Positions 12,545-25,092 of a stretch of DNA of 64,000 nt are shown here, piece after piece. The position numbers and the translations under genes are program-made. The DNA lies in contig CAJINV010000002.1 of assembly GCA_905178155.1 (NCBI GenBank), forward strand, positions 10,952,634 through 11,016,633, written 5' to 3'. The notes beneath the pieces were generated by a model that worked only from the letters and a program-made list of their open reading frames with translations, made no database searches and had not been told where the DNA came from. The first letter of the stretch is position 1; each line of letters opens with the position of its first letter. Source of the stretch: Amoebophrya sp. A120 (Eukaryota > Protista > Dinoflagellata).

Positions 12545-13817
12545 GCTGCGTCTACGTATAGACGAAGCGCAAACACCCGCTGTCCTCGTGATCTGAAAGT
12601 TTTTCTTTCTGAAAAACCAGTTCATGCCATACCTTGACGGGTCTCCCTATGCTGACGCAAAATTGGAAATGTTCTACAAAGGCGTGCGCAGCAGTTCCAC
12701 AGAACAAAAGATAAAAAAGGTCTACTTACTTTATTTTGTGCTTTGATAAATATATGCTCATGGCGAACGAATTTTAGTCATGTTTTACTTACGTATACGC
12801 TAGCAAAGAAACGCTATGCGTCTTTGTTTGCGACCGACGAAATGAAAAATAATCGGGAAATTTACATGTGGATTTCCCGCGCGCCTTGTTGTATGATGTG
12901 CCACATGTTATCACATTTATTTCTTGACTTTTTGCTTTATACTTGAGAACAAAGTCGAGATTGGTTATTAGCCAGCCTTACTCTGCACACAAAAATGTCA
13001 ATAAAAGAGAGCGCTCTACTATCTCGAGTACGTATGTACCAGAAATACGTCGACGTGATGAGTTTAAGTTTATGATGTATTTCCCGGGCTCCCGCTACAA
13101 CTGCTCTATGTTTTTTCTTGTAATTCTAATTCGATTTTCGTCATTTCGCAAACTGGGTCTAAACGTAGACATCTAGAACCAAAGATATCAAATAATGAGA
13201 CCTACCGGCTACCGCGAACGTGCTATGGTGCTCAACGAGAATGACCTCAGCGTCTTTATCATGGCCTCTATCTAGACAGTCCCTTGACCTAGACCTTCCG
13301 CTTTTCGAAAGCCGTTCTGCTAACTCAGAACTCAATAAGAAGTAATGGTGCATAAACATACGTATACTATGTCATAGTGTTCTCCTATAATATCATAGTG
13401 TTCTCCCGAGGTGGTGGAGCCAACGAGACCGAGAACTTCTCGATATTTGTTTCAATCATCGGCCCGATCATCGTGTTGTTGTTTTTTTTCATTTGCTCCA
13501 TTTCTTTACATGTGACTTTGGTTTCTGTTCTTGTTCCGAAGCTGCACTTTCCGCATCAATTTTGCGCTGTTTTGGTTTACCGTTTTTGTGTCGTTCTGTG
13601 CTTCATCCACATAGATTGTTCTCGTCTAATAAGTTGCAGAACGCCTGGCCGCCCTGGGTGCTCAGTCTCTTCAACTTGTCTGTTGAGTTCATAACTCCTC
13701 AGTATTCTAGGTTGCTGCTAAAATAAAAAACGAAATTGGTCTACTCATTGCGACAGAAATAACTTGTGGGGGGCCATTTTGCTAGTTGCCGTGATCGTGG
13801 TCTCGCGGCGTCACACA

Positions 13818-16800
13818 ATGGGCGGACGAGAGTCGTACGCCAATCAGGTCGTATCAAGACGTCGGTCCGTCCCCGCCGCGTTTGTAACTGCGGACGCTGC
13901 AGCGTCGCAAATGAGAATGATATCTGGACTAGCGGCAGTTCTCTTCCGGCTGATTTTTCTGGAGCTCCCGTCCCTCTCCGAGTCGCGGGTGCAGTTATTC
14001 AAGTTGCAACCTACGATCACAGGGAGACCGTCCCGTATACCACCTGCGCCTCTTCGTTCACGCGGTTCAGACAGCACTTCGTCTGCCTCCGCGACGACAA
14101 GCGGAACCACTGTGACCGAATCCGTCGCTGAGCAAGTAGAGGATGATGAGCCAGTACTCGCGCGGTCCCGGACAAGAAGACGATCTGGACCGGCCGCAGA
14201 GACTGACAACTACGCGATTACCGAAGACGTAGACAATGCCGGGCGCGTGATTCGGAGCGTCAATTTTGCGCGGCCGTCGGATGGGATTGGGCTTGATGAC
14301 GCGCTTTCTTCGCCGGAAAACGGGTTCGACGGCACAGGAGCCGCTACTAGGCGTCGCGGTGGAACCGTATCTGGATCTGCTGAGCCAGCGGAGGAGAACC
14401 GCGGAGCGAGGTCTTCGCAGCTGGGGGCCGCGAGATCAGGTAGAAGAAATAATGCCGCGAGACGGGCGCAAGTGCGTAGTGGTACTGATGCAACCTCTGG
14501 GGCAAACGCCAGTGCAGGGGCGAATGGCACAAGAGCTGGAGTGGCAGCCAAAGACGGCCCGGACGCTAGAACGGAAGAACATGCCGCTTGCAGTCTCCCT
14601 GCGGTGGACGAGTTTCTGGTGCGATCTCTCAAAACGCAGCGGGAGCGGCGACAGGAGGCACAGGATCGCAACTGCGGATTCCTTCCCATCCGATCAGTGG
14701 CGGACCACGAAAGACTGGCGAAGCGCCTAGAAGACTGTCCACACCTGGCGGATCAGGTTCGCCCTCCTGCTGAAATTCGTCTGGTCGCTTGTAGTTTCGC
14801 TTGAGACCTTTATTCAGCCCCAGTCAGTCTTTCTTGTGTTTGAATTGCTTCGGCGTTTCTTTTGATCCCTACAACTAGTTTCGGTTCTTTCATTTAGCAC
14901 TTCTCATTGGGGGTCTTTCTCGGAACAAAGTGATGTCTTCAACATAATCAGTTACCGAAGCTCTGCAGTCCGCAGCCGCACACGGGAAAGGAGCTTTACA
15001 ACTGCTTGCTGATGAACCACGTGCCATCCGAGCTTAGTTGTCCGATCTCGTTGCAACTGCTGACCAAGCCGGTACAGATTCCGGCTGACGGCACCAAGTT
15101 TCATTTCGAACAGGACTGCCTCGAGAAGTGGTTCGCGAAAGAGAGAAGCAAGCCTGCCCGCGAAGAGGGGCAGCCGGTGCGGTTGACGCATCCCCTGACC
15201 AGGCAGGAGCTCTACGGCCCCGGCCCCCACATGCAGCCGGCGTGTGCGGCGTTCAGAAAACAACTGAAGGACTTCGACAACCTGTGCAAGCAGGTTTCTC
15301 GCGAGCACTGCTACGAAACCTACGAGCGGCGAAAATACTTGGGCTCAGCTACGACTTGTGGCAGCGGGTGCGGCACATCAACGGGATCGAGTCTCGAAAT
15401 GCTCGCCTCGCGCTGCGGTGGCGGCCCAAGCATGTCCAAATCCCAAAGGCGGCGCGCAAGCCGACGGCAGCGAGATCGTCAGGAGCGGGAATCGCGAGGC
15501 GGAGTGGCAGTAGATGATCATGAAGATGAGGCACAATTAGAAGCTGCCCTCGACGCTGAACTACCTGCGCGAGCAAAAGCCGCTGCGACCGAGAATACTA
15601 TACAGCCAATCAGTGGTCGGACTGCGCCAGGCACTCTGCTGGACGACCCCAGAAGTACCAGCGCGTCGCCAGCGAGCCCGCGTTTGGCTGCTTCTCGCCC
15701 CCGCAGCGCCAGAACTACGAGCATTACAGGGTCTTCCGACCACCCGGAGAACGTGCAGCGGATACACGACGAGGACGAGATCCATTCGGTGCAGTCCCAT
15801 TCAGTGCCCGAGGAGGACGCAACACCCATGGCGCTCGGCAGGTCTCGATCCTCTGATAGAGCTGCGAGCCCGGGGCGGCTCCTGCACGAGTTGCACCGCG
15901 GGTCGGGGGGGACAGCGAACGCGTCTGGGGCCACCACCTTTGCCGTGTACGACGGCTCCTCCTTTGAGATTCCTTACGATGATCAGAACGCGGATGCGCC
16001 CGACGGGGGTATCGAAGAGGCGACCGGAAGGACGGAATCGTCCGGCGGACTGACCACTCGGTCAAGCACAGCAAGTAGTTACAGCAACTATCACCTGCCA
16101 GCCTCCGCGAGCAGCTCCACGATTGCCACGCTGACAAGCAGCCCCCTGCTGCGAAGCACAAGTAAGCGGAGCTCGCCAGGTACTTACCCATATTACGCGC
16201 CAATATAAAAGAAAAAATGGCTGCTGTGAGAGCGAAGCGATTCTTTGCGGTTTAGGATTTAGCGAAGCGATTCTTTGCAACTTTTGGTTTTGCCGAAGGC
16301 AGACATTTTTGATGTCAGTACAGAATAAATCTCATCTCTTGTTGCTTTTGCTGGTCGTGTTGGACTCAAAGAAAACAAAATTTCAGACTCGCCGGTGATC
16401 TCTCCGCTGGTTTTGGACGGTGACATTACCTCTCTTTCGGACGACGACGGCGAGGAAGAGGACGACGAGGACGGTAGCAGCCAAATAGACACGAGCAGAG
16501 TGTTGGACGAGCGCACGAGCTGCACCGACCAAGAAATTGAGTGTTTGTCGCTGTTGCTGGGGTCTTTAGACTTGCAGGCCGAATGCAACCATCGTCACGT
16601 GGAGGAGGTGCTGGAGCAGACCCAAGCGCGAAATAACTACCTTGCCTCGCTCTCGAAGCAGCAGCGGTACATGAAATAGAAAACGTATGCTAGAATACGC
16701 GTAGTAGAAGTGTAAAGTAATTCGTTTTCGATTTTGTCCCGGTGCAGCATCATTTTCGAACAAAACAACTTCGGACAACACGACTCTCGCACCTCTATCC

Positions 16801-17955
16801 AACACAGAACCACGCTCGCGCGAACTCGGACCAACGACCCGACCGGGCTGGCTCTTGAGTTCTACGTGAAGACCAAGACTGCACCGAAGGAGGTCTTCGA
16901 AAAGTCCGACGCAAGCTATGGCGTTCTCAAACGTTACATTCTCAATTGTTACATGATTTGTAATACAAAACGAGCATCATCATCAACATTCACAAGGTGA
17001 AGCCACTTCGCATGACAAATTTTGGAAAGGCTAAACAGCACCTAAATCCGTGCGGAATTTGTGATGCTACAGGTGGAACCTCCCTGCTTTGACTTTTGCC
17101 ATTCTTGCATCACAAATCCATGTTGGCTTCGGTCCGCCTGACTCCGCGACCCGGTGGCCTGACCATCTGCGGAAAGGTGCCCTATGGGTTGCGTTTGTGG
17201 TTTCTTTCGGTCGGTTTAGCATCACAAATCCATGTAACATTTGAGAATGTAACAGTTGAGAACGCCATACAAGCAGCGACACGGAGGATGCGAATCGGTG
17301 CTGCTGGTTTTCTATCAAATGCAAAAATGTCTGGGTCTGGAAGAGTCATGCTGTTTTTGCATGACGCAGAAGGTCTGGCATGGAAGCTCTAGCATCACAG
17401 GTTTCGAGAAGCGTTCGCCATGCCGAACCCGCATGACAAACCCCTGATTTTGGTGACAGAAAGTGGGCAACTTTTGCTGCATATGCATGAGAGATTTTTC
17501 TGTGTTCTGAAATGCGCATCGCAAGTTGCAGGCTAACCTTCCAGACCCAGACATATTTGCATTCCATATTTTCGCCTTTGAAACGCATCTTACGTAATCT
17601 CCCCGCGGTTCCCCGCGGCCTGCGCACGCCTGCGGCATTCTTTCGTTCTCCGCGGAGAAGTAGAAGTAGTACTGGTAGAGCTAGTGCGAGCACAGAGGCC
17701 GCGAGGCGTGCTTCCTCGCGTCTAGGCTTTTCGCGAGAAGGTCACCCGGAGTCTTCTGGTGGTAGATTTAGTAGTGGCCCCACAACTAGCACCACATACG
17801 CTGGCGATGGCGGAAATGGCGCCAGCCACATTCTTTCAGCGCCCGGAGGTGCCGGCAATTTTAGTGCCTCTGCTTCTAGCACTTCCACGCCTGCGCAAAT
17901 GGCCGGAGCGCCACTGACGGCTTCCCCGCGGCGGGTGTCCTCCTATGCGCTTTAA
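13818..17955 (+). CDS. U-box domain protein (putative E3 ubiquitin ligase), exons approx. 13818/13911-14756, 14952-16179, 16387-16666, 16808-16916, 17275-17312, 17574-17955
   Basis: VPSELSCPISLQLLTKPVQIPADG..FEQDCLEKWF....THPLTRQEL matches the U-box pattern. GT-AG introns 14757-14951, 16180-16386 and 16667-16807, plus two TIR elements whose removal gives KSDAS|SDTEDANRCCWF|SPLKRILR. Confidence 0.8.
16231..16278 (+). repeat. 18-bp direct repeat x2 within an intron
   Basis: AGCGAAGCGATTCTTTGC at 16231-16248 and 16261-16278. Confidence 0.85.
16917..17269. mobile_element. Introner/MITE-like element, family D (353 bp), 5-bp DR CAAGC
   Basis: ~48-bp imperfect TIR TATGGCGTTCTCAAACGTTACATTCTCAATTGTTACATG...CATGTAACATTTGAGAATGTAACAGTTGAGAACGCCATA. 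CAAGC at 16912-16916 and 17270-17274. Excision is in frame. Confidence 0.92.
17313..17568. mobile_element. Introner/MITE-like element, family C (256 bp), 5-bp DR TTTTC
   Basis: 31-bp TIR TATCAAATGCAAAAATGTCTGGGTCTGGAAG...CTTCCAGACCCAGACATATTTGCATTCCATA. TTTTC at 17308-17312 and 17569-17573. Excision is in frame with ORF 17512-17955. Confidence 0.92.
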
Positions 17956-20561
17956 GTATAACAGAGGGTAGCGAGGATCCGACACGTTGAAATCAAAGCG
18001 CTCCTCCTGCTCTTCGATTATTGGAGATAGGCAACACTCACACTGGCACGGCGAGCTGAGGTGCTGCTGGCTCAATATAGTTCAAATTTTGTGCAACAGC
18101 ATTTATTTTCCAGTCCCGTTTCAGGCGCACAGCCCGCACCGCGAAGGTGTCGCGGTTTCTCGAGTGCAGCCGCGTTGCGTCAGCACGCTATCGCTCTGCT
18201 CTCTGACGCCTTGTGGGGAAATTGATCTGCAACTTTGCCATTCGTATTGGAAGCGAAGGTGCTTCAGATCAGGTTCTATGTAAGTATGACGTAAGTTGCA
18301 GTTCTTCTCATCTTCTTGCCGCGTGATTCAGATAAAAGTTTTGTGGTTGTTTGTTCTATCGGCCTTTCTAGAGTAGTTGCTTGCGAAATATTCCTAGAAA
18401 CGTGCGTCATTTGTACATTAGGTTGCTTGAAGGTAGACCGCTTTCACCGGTAATCAGTAAATGTAACGGGTACTGTACCTGTTCATGGTTCATCTACAGT
18501 AATATCGTTTCGCTTTCTGCTCGCAGCGTCCCACCTGTTACCGTTAGAAATAAAGGAGTAAAGTAGAAAGACGGCAAGCTGCAAACAATGCTCCTGTTGC
18601 AACAGCAACAGGAGTTTACAATGAATGTATTTTTCGGGCTGCAAAATGAAAAAGTGCAGAAGCAAATGGTTTCGTTCAAAATGCCTCAAACAAGGAGAAT
18701 TTCAATCTTAGTTATTTTTGAATGCGCGGGCGACATCACCTCATGATTTAGATTTATTGTAGTACGCTTTTGTTCATTTACATTTTCTTGGTCTGTCATC
18801 ATCTCCTGCATTAATTTGCAAAACAGATCCTGCCCCTACATTTATTACTCGCCCGCCGCCGCAGTATCGCGTGGTGTTTACAATCCACCCCGCGACCGCA
18901 GCTGCGAGAGTTGGTGCTGCTTTGGTTTCCTGATGGGGTCCTGCCTCCTGCGCCGAAGTACAGAGCCATTGTGAACAACATCTTCGACTTCTACTGAGTA
19001 GTATCGGGGGGGCAACAATCTGTCATATCATCATGGTGAAAGAATCGTGGATGGAAATGAATGTTGTCAACAGGACAAGGTGGTAACAGCAAAGAATTAG
19101 TCGCATTCGCAACAGTAAGGCACCTTCGTCCATTCGCTGCAATAGTTGGAACAGTCGTGCTTGGGCTTTCGCGTCGTCGTGATCGTGGTCGTGTTTCAAT
19201 TTCAGCTGCAGACGCAAGGCAACGGGCGAGGAGCGATGTTATCTTTTTCCAAGAGGGAATGCGAATCATGAAGAAAGCTTGAGTAGAAAGTGGAAACTAT
19301 ACAGAATTGAAATATTCGCTAATGTTAACGTAACGGTATCAGAAACAATAAATAAAGTAGTGCATCTGCATGCCCATGCAGGTCGTTGTTGATTTTGGGA
19401 GTACAGGTATCCTTTTCTGCGAAAAAAAAACGTCTACTTTCTTGTACAATTTATCCATCTTGGTTGTGAACTGCAAATAAAGCTGCACTGTTATGAATAT
19501 GTGTACGTTCAAGTAGTTTTGAATACCCTGGGGTTCGAGCTTTTGTTGGGTCGTGCTGATGCCATTTCCCGAAAATACAGAAAAAAACGCTTCTCGCTGA
19601 GAATAAAGTTTTGGACCGCAAAAAATATTTTTCGACAGTCTACGTCAGAAATTTTGTGCTGGGGAGCGCAGCTCCTTCTCCAATTCAAACGTATATTACG
19701 GTTAAGGTTACAAATGAAGCCGTTTGATAAATGTCAATGAATAACCCGCTTTAGTTTTGTCAGGTACTCGCAGGAAGGTACACAAAGACAAAGAATAAGA
19801 AAAAACAGAACCTACGTGAAAATTTCTTTCTCACAATTTTGGCTGAAAGTGGCGCGAATCACTTAGAGTTAGGACCGTGCCGAAGGCGGGGAGCTATTAT
19901 CGAAACTGGTAATCAGGAGGTCTGCCACCTCGTGCTCTTCTCGAGGCGACTCTGATCTATGTAAAAATGATTTTTGTTTGAAGTAGATGAGTTTTCATCG
20001 GCTTTCTCGAACAGTGATCTTTCATTGATTTCGGTAAATGAACCTGCATCGTTGTCACCCTGTCGACTTCTCGAGAAAGTACGATTTAATACTGGGATGA
20101 AAGGTCTTGGTATTAGTTCTTTCGTAAAGAAAGGGGTGGGATTCGTGAATCGTTCCTGGTTGGGCCGCCATTTGTAGCAGGTACTTTCACAGCACTTTTC
20201 GTAGCGTCAACTCGTGGTATCGTCAGTAGTCGGTAAGTATTTCTTTTTCCGATGGCGGTGTAGATGTTGTAGAAGAAATTGTGCAGCACGTAAACACTTG
20301 AAGAAGTAGGAGAATATTTGGGAGGAGGTCATCGACCATGCTCGGTTTTAAAAGTAAGCCTCTAATGGTAATGATGATTACGTATCGGCAGCGATGATAG
20401 TCATGGCAGCTGTCAAAGAAGTGACTATGAATGTCTCTGCCTCTTTACAGTAGAAATTAAGATGAGTTCCCGCTCGTGCTCTATTTTCCTGTAAAGAGTA
20501 CTGTTCGAAGTAGTCCAAGACAAGGAGGCAGCTCTAGACTACTGCTAACTCTGCCCAGAAA

Positions 20562-23500
20562 ATGACGAGCGTCTACAATCAGGAGCAGAACCAGGCGCGA
20601 ATCATTGCCGAACTGCAGCGACTCCTAGCAGAAGAACGTCGGCAGAGATATGAAGTACTTCGTGTGCTTTTTGCTTTTCGAGTACTTGCAAAATCACATC
20701 ACACTGCTTGCATTCCTGATTTCAATTTTTTTCCGGTTTTGTGGTTGAAAATCCAAACAAACTGTACTTCCCAGCATCTGAACTTTCCAGGTGCAAGAGC
20801 GTTTGGATTCGCAGGACGCGCTGGTCAAGGAGGATTTGCGGTTGTTCCGGGATGTTCAGCAGGAGGCCAGCGTGGACCGGGAATTTCGGCAGCACCTGGA
20901 GGACCGTATCTCCGTGCTGGCGACGCTGGGTGACCGGGCGGAGAACGCCCGGAAGAAGGCTTTGTATCACGTGTTCAAGGGGACCACCGCGAGCGTGGCG
21001 AACGTGCTCTCCGTGGGCGGGTCCCACGTGAAAAAACAGCTGCTGGCCATGGACGAGCCGGACCTCGTCAGTGATGTCCAGGCGACGACCGGGGGAGCAG
21101 GGATCAGCATGCCTCCGTCCTCTGCGACGACCGCTAAGACGCCGCTGGAGCGAGTGGAGCACTGCCTGACCCGCGCGGAGACGTCGTTTGCCGCTCTTTC
21201 GGACGTGAACATTCTCCGGACCAACCGGCTGTACGAGGAGGAGCTGGGGAAGCTGCGGAAAGAGGGGAAACAGCTGCTGAAGACCTGCCAGAACGTCATG
21301 GCGCACATCAACGACCTCGGGCGCGCCCTGGTGAAGGAGGAGCAGCTCGTGGAGAAGGCGCACGCGAAGCGGATCTCGGTGCGGAACATGGGGAAGCGAC
21401 CCTTCTGGCAGGGGGAGTTCATGGGGATGAACCAAACGCTGCAAAACTTCAGTGCGAATATCAGTAGCTTCTCGGAGTCGTTGCATTTCACCGAGCGCAT
21501 GCTGCTCCGGTTTAGCACCTCAAAGCGCGACAACGAGTTCTTCTACGACACGAAGTCGAAACAAAGTTCTACTTCCAAAGCCTCCTCGAAAAACTCCTTT
21601 CACCAAAATAACTCGGCCGGGACGCCAGCGACCAACGTGGGCACAGCGGGCGCAATGTCGACGGCGAAATTGGTGACTGCGATGGAGAAGGGAATTAACG
21701 TTTCGACCCACCGGGCCCACCGGCGCACCGCCGAACTGTTTCGCCAGCCGGACCCGAGTCGCGGGAGCTACTCGGAGCGCGTGGACGCGTGGGGAAGTCC
21801 GACGAAACGAAAATTGCTGTCACAACCGAATTTAGTGGTCGCTGACGGAGGCGTGAGTACGACGGCGAACAGCAGTGATTTGCAGCGCAGTCTGTACCTG
21901 AACGGATACTTCACCACGATGAACGCTTCGGTTGGCGGCGCTGCGAACCTTGCATCGGCAAACGTCTCGAAGACCCCGACCACCGTCATCAACGGCACTG
22001 CGACGCCGGTCAACGTCGGCCTGGCAGCGCAACAACAGCAGCTAGGCCAAGGCGTCACGCGCATGAGTATGCAGGGCTCCGTTGTGAACGGCATCAACAC
22101 GGCCACATCTACTGTGCAACAAGAACGTGCGGTGCTAGGTAATTCGTCCGACGGAGGAGCACCAACTGCTGGCGCTGCCCTTCTGGGAGCGACAAATGTC
22201 GAAGTTGATACCAATGCAAATGGAGATTACACCAACACTCTCCAGCTGGACAACACGCGCATGCAGCGGCTGACAACCATTTCGAGCGCCGAGCAGCCAT
22301 TCGTCGACCGGCCTTTCGCATCGGCGCACGAGGAATTTACGTTCGAGCCCAACACGGGGGCGGGAATGAACAAGAACCCAACGCTGTACTACGCCGAGAG
22401 CTTGGGAAATTCGCATTTCGACCTGAATGTACCCGCGCACCACGGCGCGCCGCACCCAAACAGTGCGGGCACTGGTTATGTTGCAGCGTCCGAAATAAAG
22501 ACAACCTCTGCACCAGCATCGGGAGAAGTTCTTGCAGCTCCGGGCGGAAGCTCTTCCGAAGTAGACGACAATCTTCGCCTCCAAGCCACTACAGAAGTTC
22601 CCCTGTTCACTCAACAGCGTCCAGGATCTGCGGGGAAGATCCGTTCGGTTGGAGTGGCAGCAGTCCCTGCGAATTCAAATTCTTCGTCGTCTTCCTTGTA
22701 TGTGACGCGCCCGGGTGTGACGGAGGGGCAAACTGATCTGCACAGCAAGATCTCATCCACCGTGCCGACCTTCGATCCCCGCGGCGCTTTCGACTACTTG
22801 GAAAACAATAGCTCGAGCGCAACTACTTCCAGCGCTCACGCACAACGGATAAACCCTAGCACAACAGGAGCTGGTGCTGCGAGTTTTTCCATCGTGGAGA
22901 GGATGCGACAGAATCTGACCGAAAAATCCAAGATCTCGAATCCTCCCTCTGTTGTGACCACGCCGACGGAAGAGCAAAGCAAAGCAGTAGGCACGACGAG
23001 CAACGCAACAGGCACGGGGTCATCGTTCAAGAAACCCCTGCTGGCGAGCAACCCCTTTTCCAGTACACCGGCGCCCACGGGTGTTGCTGCGGAGCCGGCG
23101 ACGGCTGTCGATCGGGACAACAACGCGGGAGCTGCTGCTGGAGTGCCACCTTCGCAGATGAACCTCTTTGAGGATGACCATTTCTTATCGAAAACTCCGC
23201 AGCCCAACGGAACAGTTTTTCTCACAAACATGAACAAGAAGACACCGAACACCAGCGGCTTGGCGTTAGACATCAGGGACTTCATCGAGGGTGAACTTTC
23301 ACCTGAAAAGCGCCCGTCGCAGGCTGTAAATACGACAATTTCCGCTCCTGCAGCCGCTTCATCGGGGGTCGAACAAAACGAATCAGTCAAACAGTTTGCC
23401 GAGACGTTTCAACTGGACCTGCACAGCGCGTCTCCGCCGAAGTACCAAGAATTGCTCGGATACAGCAGTGCCAATGCCGCCGTAGTAGAGCCAGTAGTTG

Positions 23501-23631
23501 CAGCGGGTAATACCGCATCACACATCAAATTCGAGCGTGCCACCACCCTGGGTTTGGAAGCCGCAGACCGGTCCAGCCGCGAGCTCTTTGATTTGCAGCT
23601 CCCGGCCCAAAACGACTTTGACGAACCCTGA
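20562..23631 (+). CDS. Hypothetical protein (~977 aa), N-terminal coiled coil plus long S/T/A/N low-complexity tail; exons 20562-20654, 20791-23631
   Basis: Phase-0 GT-AG intron 20655-20790 joins RQRYE to VQERLDSQD. Long open frame with coding-like codon use. Confidence 0.8.
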
Positions 23632-25092
23632 GAAGTGGGCTTCCTACGGGAGGACAAGTCAGGGCATCGGAAGTGAGTTCAAGATGATCGTGAAGCAAGG
23701 AGACCGTTTCCGTTCAACTTGCTGCACCATCCAAGCCGACTTTCATTCCCTGAGAAAATAAGACCAGTAGACGAAATAGAATTTAACGATAGACATTCAG
23801 TCGCGTATCCGTTTCCTCCGGTTCCGTACCTACAACCTAAATCAATTACCTGCACTACGTAAATACAAACGGAAAATTGTTCCCTACCAAAGATTAAAGA
23901 AATCACCAAGTAAAATATCCAGTACATTATACATAGTGCCACCGTTGTTTGACCTTGTTGAAAGACCACGTACAGCAGTTAGTTTCCGTTCGCTTGAAAG
24001 ACTAGAAAATTTGTTGATATGGTGCAGATATCTAGTTGAGGACTCTATCTCTATGTATATGGTCCTTGATGTTGACGTCTTGCTTTTGCGTCCTGAATGT
24101 AAATCTTTGTTTCGTGCAATTTCGTAGCTTTCTCAAAAATATGACTGCGAGAAACTACGCTAACAAATGTCATTTGTTGGGTTCCTACCCTGTAAGTATG
24201 TGATGATCGACGCAAAATAAGAATAACCCTGTAAGAAAAAATTTAGTTGCGCAATGCCAATGCTTAGGTGTATCATCACAAAAATCACAAACGCAAGCGC
24301 ACAGACACGACTGGACCTTGAGCCGCACGCTGACAAATCGAAGAGATGTAGTTGACTCAGCCAGTAATTCTTGTGACTTTAAGCAGACTATGGGCACGAG
24401 GAGACCAGTTTATTTCTCGCTGCAATGGTTATACCTGCGTCTTCGATCCTTTCGGGATGGCAAGTATTCACGAAGAGCTTTTTTTGGTCCGGAGTTTTGC
24501 TTCCCAGAATGCTGGGAAAAATGATCAAAGATCTCTCGATGTTGTCCCGGTTGCAGGTGTCGCATCGATATATGATCCTTCCTGTCCACCATTTTGCCGC
24601 CCTTACTTTTTACCACTACGTATTGATTGTTGATGAGTCAACATCTTCTCGTCCGTTCACAGATCACGCAACGAGTGCCGGAATCAAGTCACCAGTGAAT
24701 TTTGTCTTTCAGGCTGATCTTTGTCTTTCCTAAAGAGCCGTCCTCTAGTCTTTGGTTACGTTTGCATTTTTTCACATCCCGGTTTTCGTGCAAATTTTGC
24801 CATTTTTTAAAGGTTACTTCGAAGCTAAGAAAGTCGCTCTCTTAAATATCTATATTCATTGCGTGAGATATAGAATAGAGGCCGACGCATACGCTTCGTC
24901 AAATGAATTGATCGCGTTCTTTACATGAGTATTTAAACTCCTTGCCTTAGTATGCGCGGCCCAATAGCAAATACATCAAAATGGTTAGTGGGGAGGAGGT
25001 TAGGCTTCATCTAGTAGCTTCTAGCCCTGTTGCCGCCGATCCAGAGCCTTAGAAAGATAGTGACCTGCCACCCACCCACTGGAAGCTGGAAA

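Noticed and set aside
19836-19849. ATTTTGGCTGAAAG resembling the 3' part of the dinoflagellate spliced leader
   Set aside because: Short imperfect match with no SL RNA context and not adjacent to a start codon. Compatible with chance.
17956-20561. Possible genes or RNA genes in the long intergenic gap
   Set aside because: Only short ORFs without codon bias. No tRNA, snRNA or rRNA signature recognised by eye.
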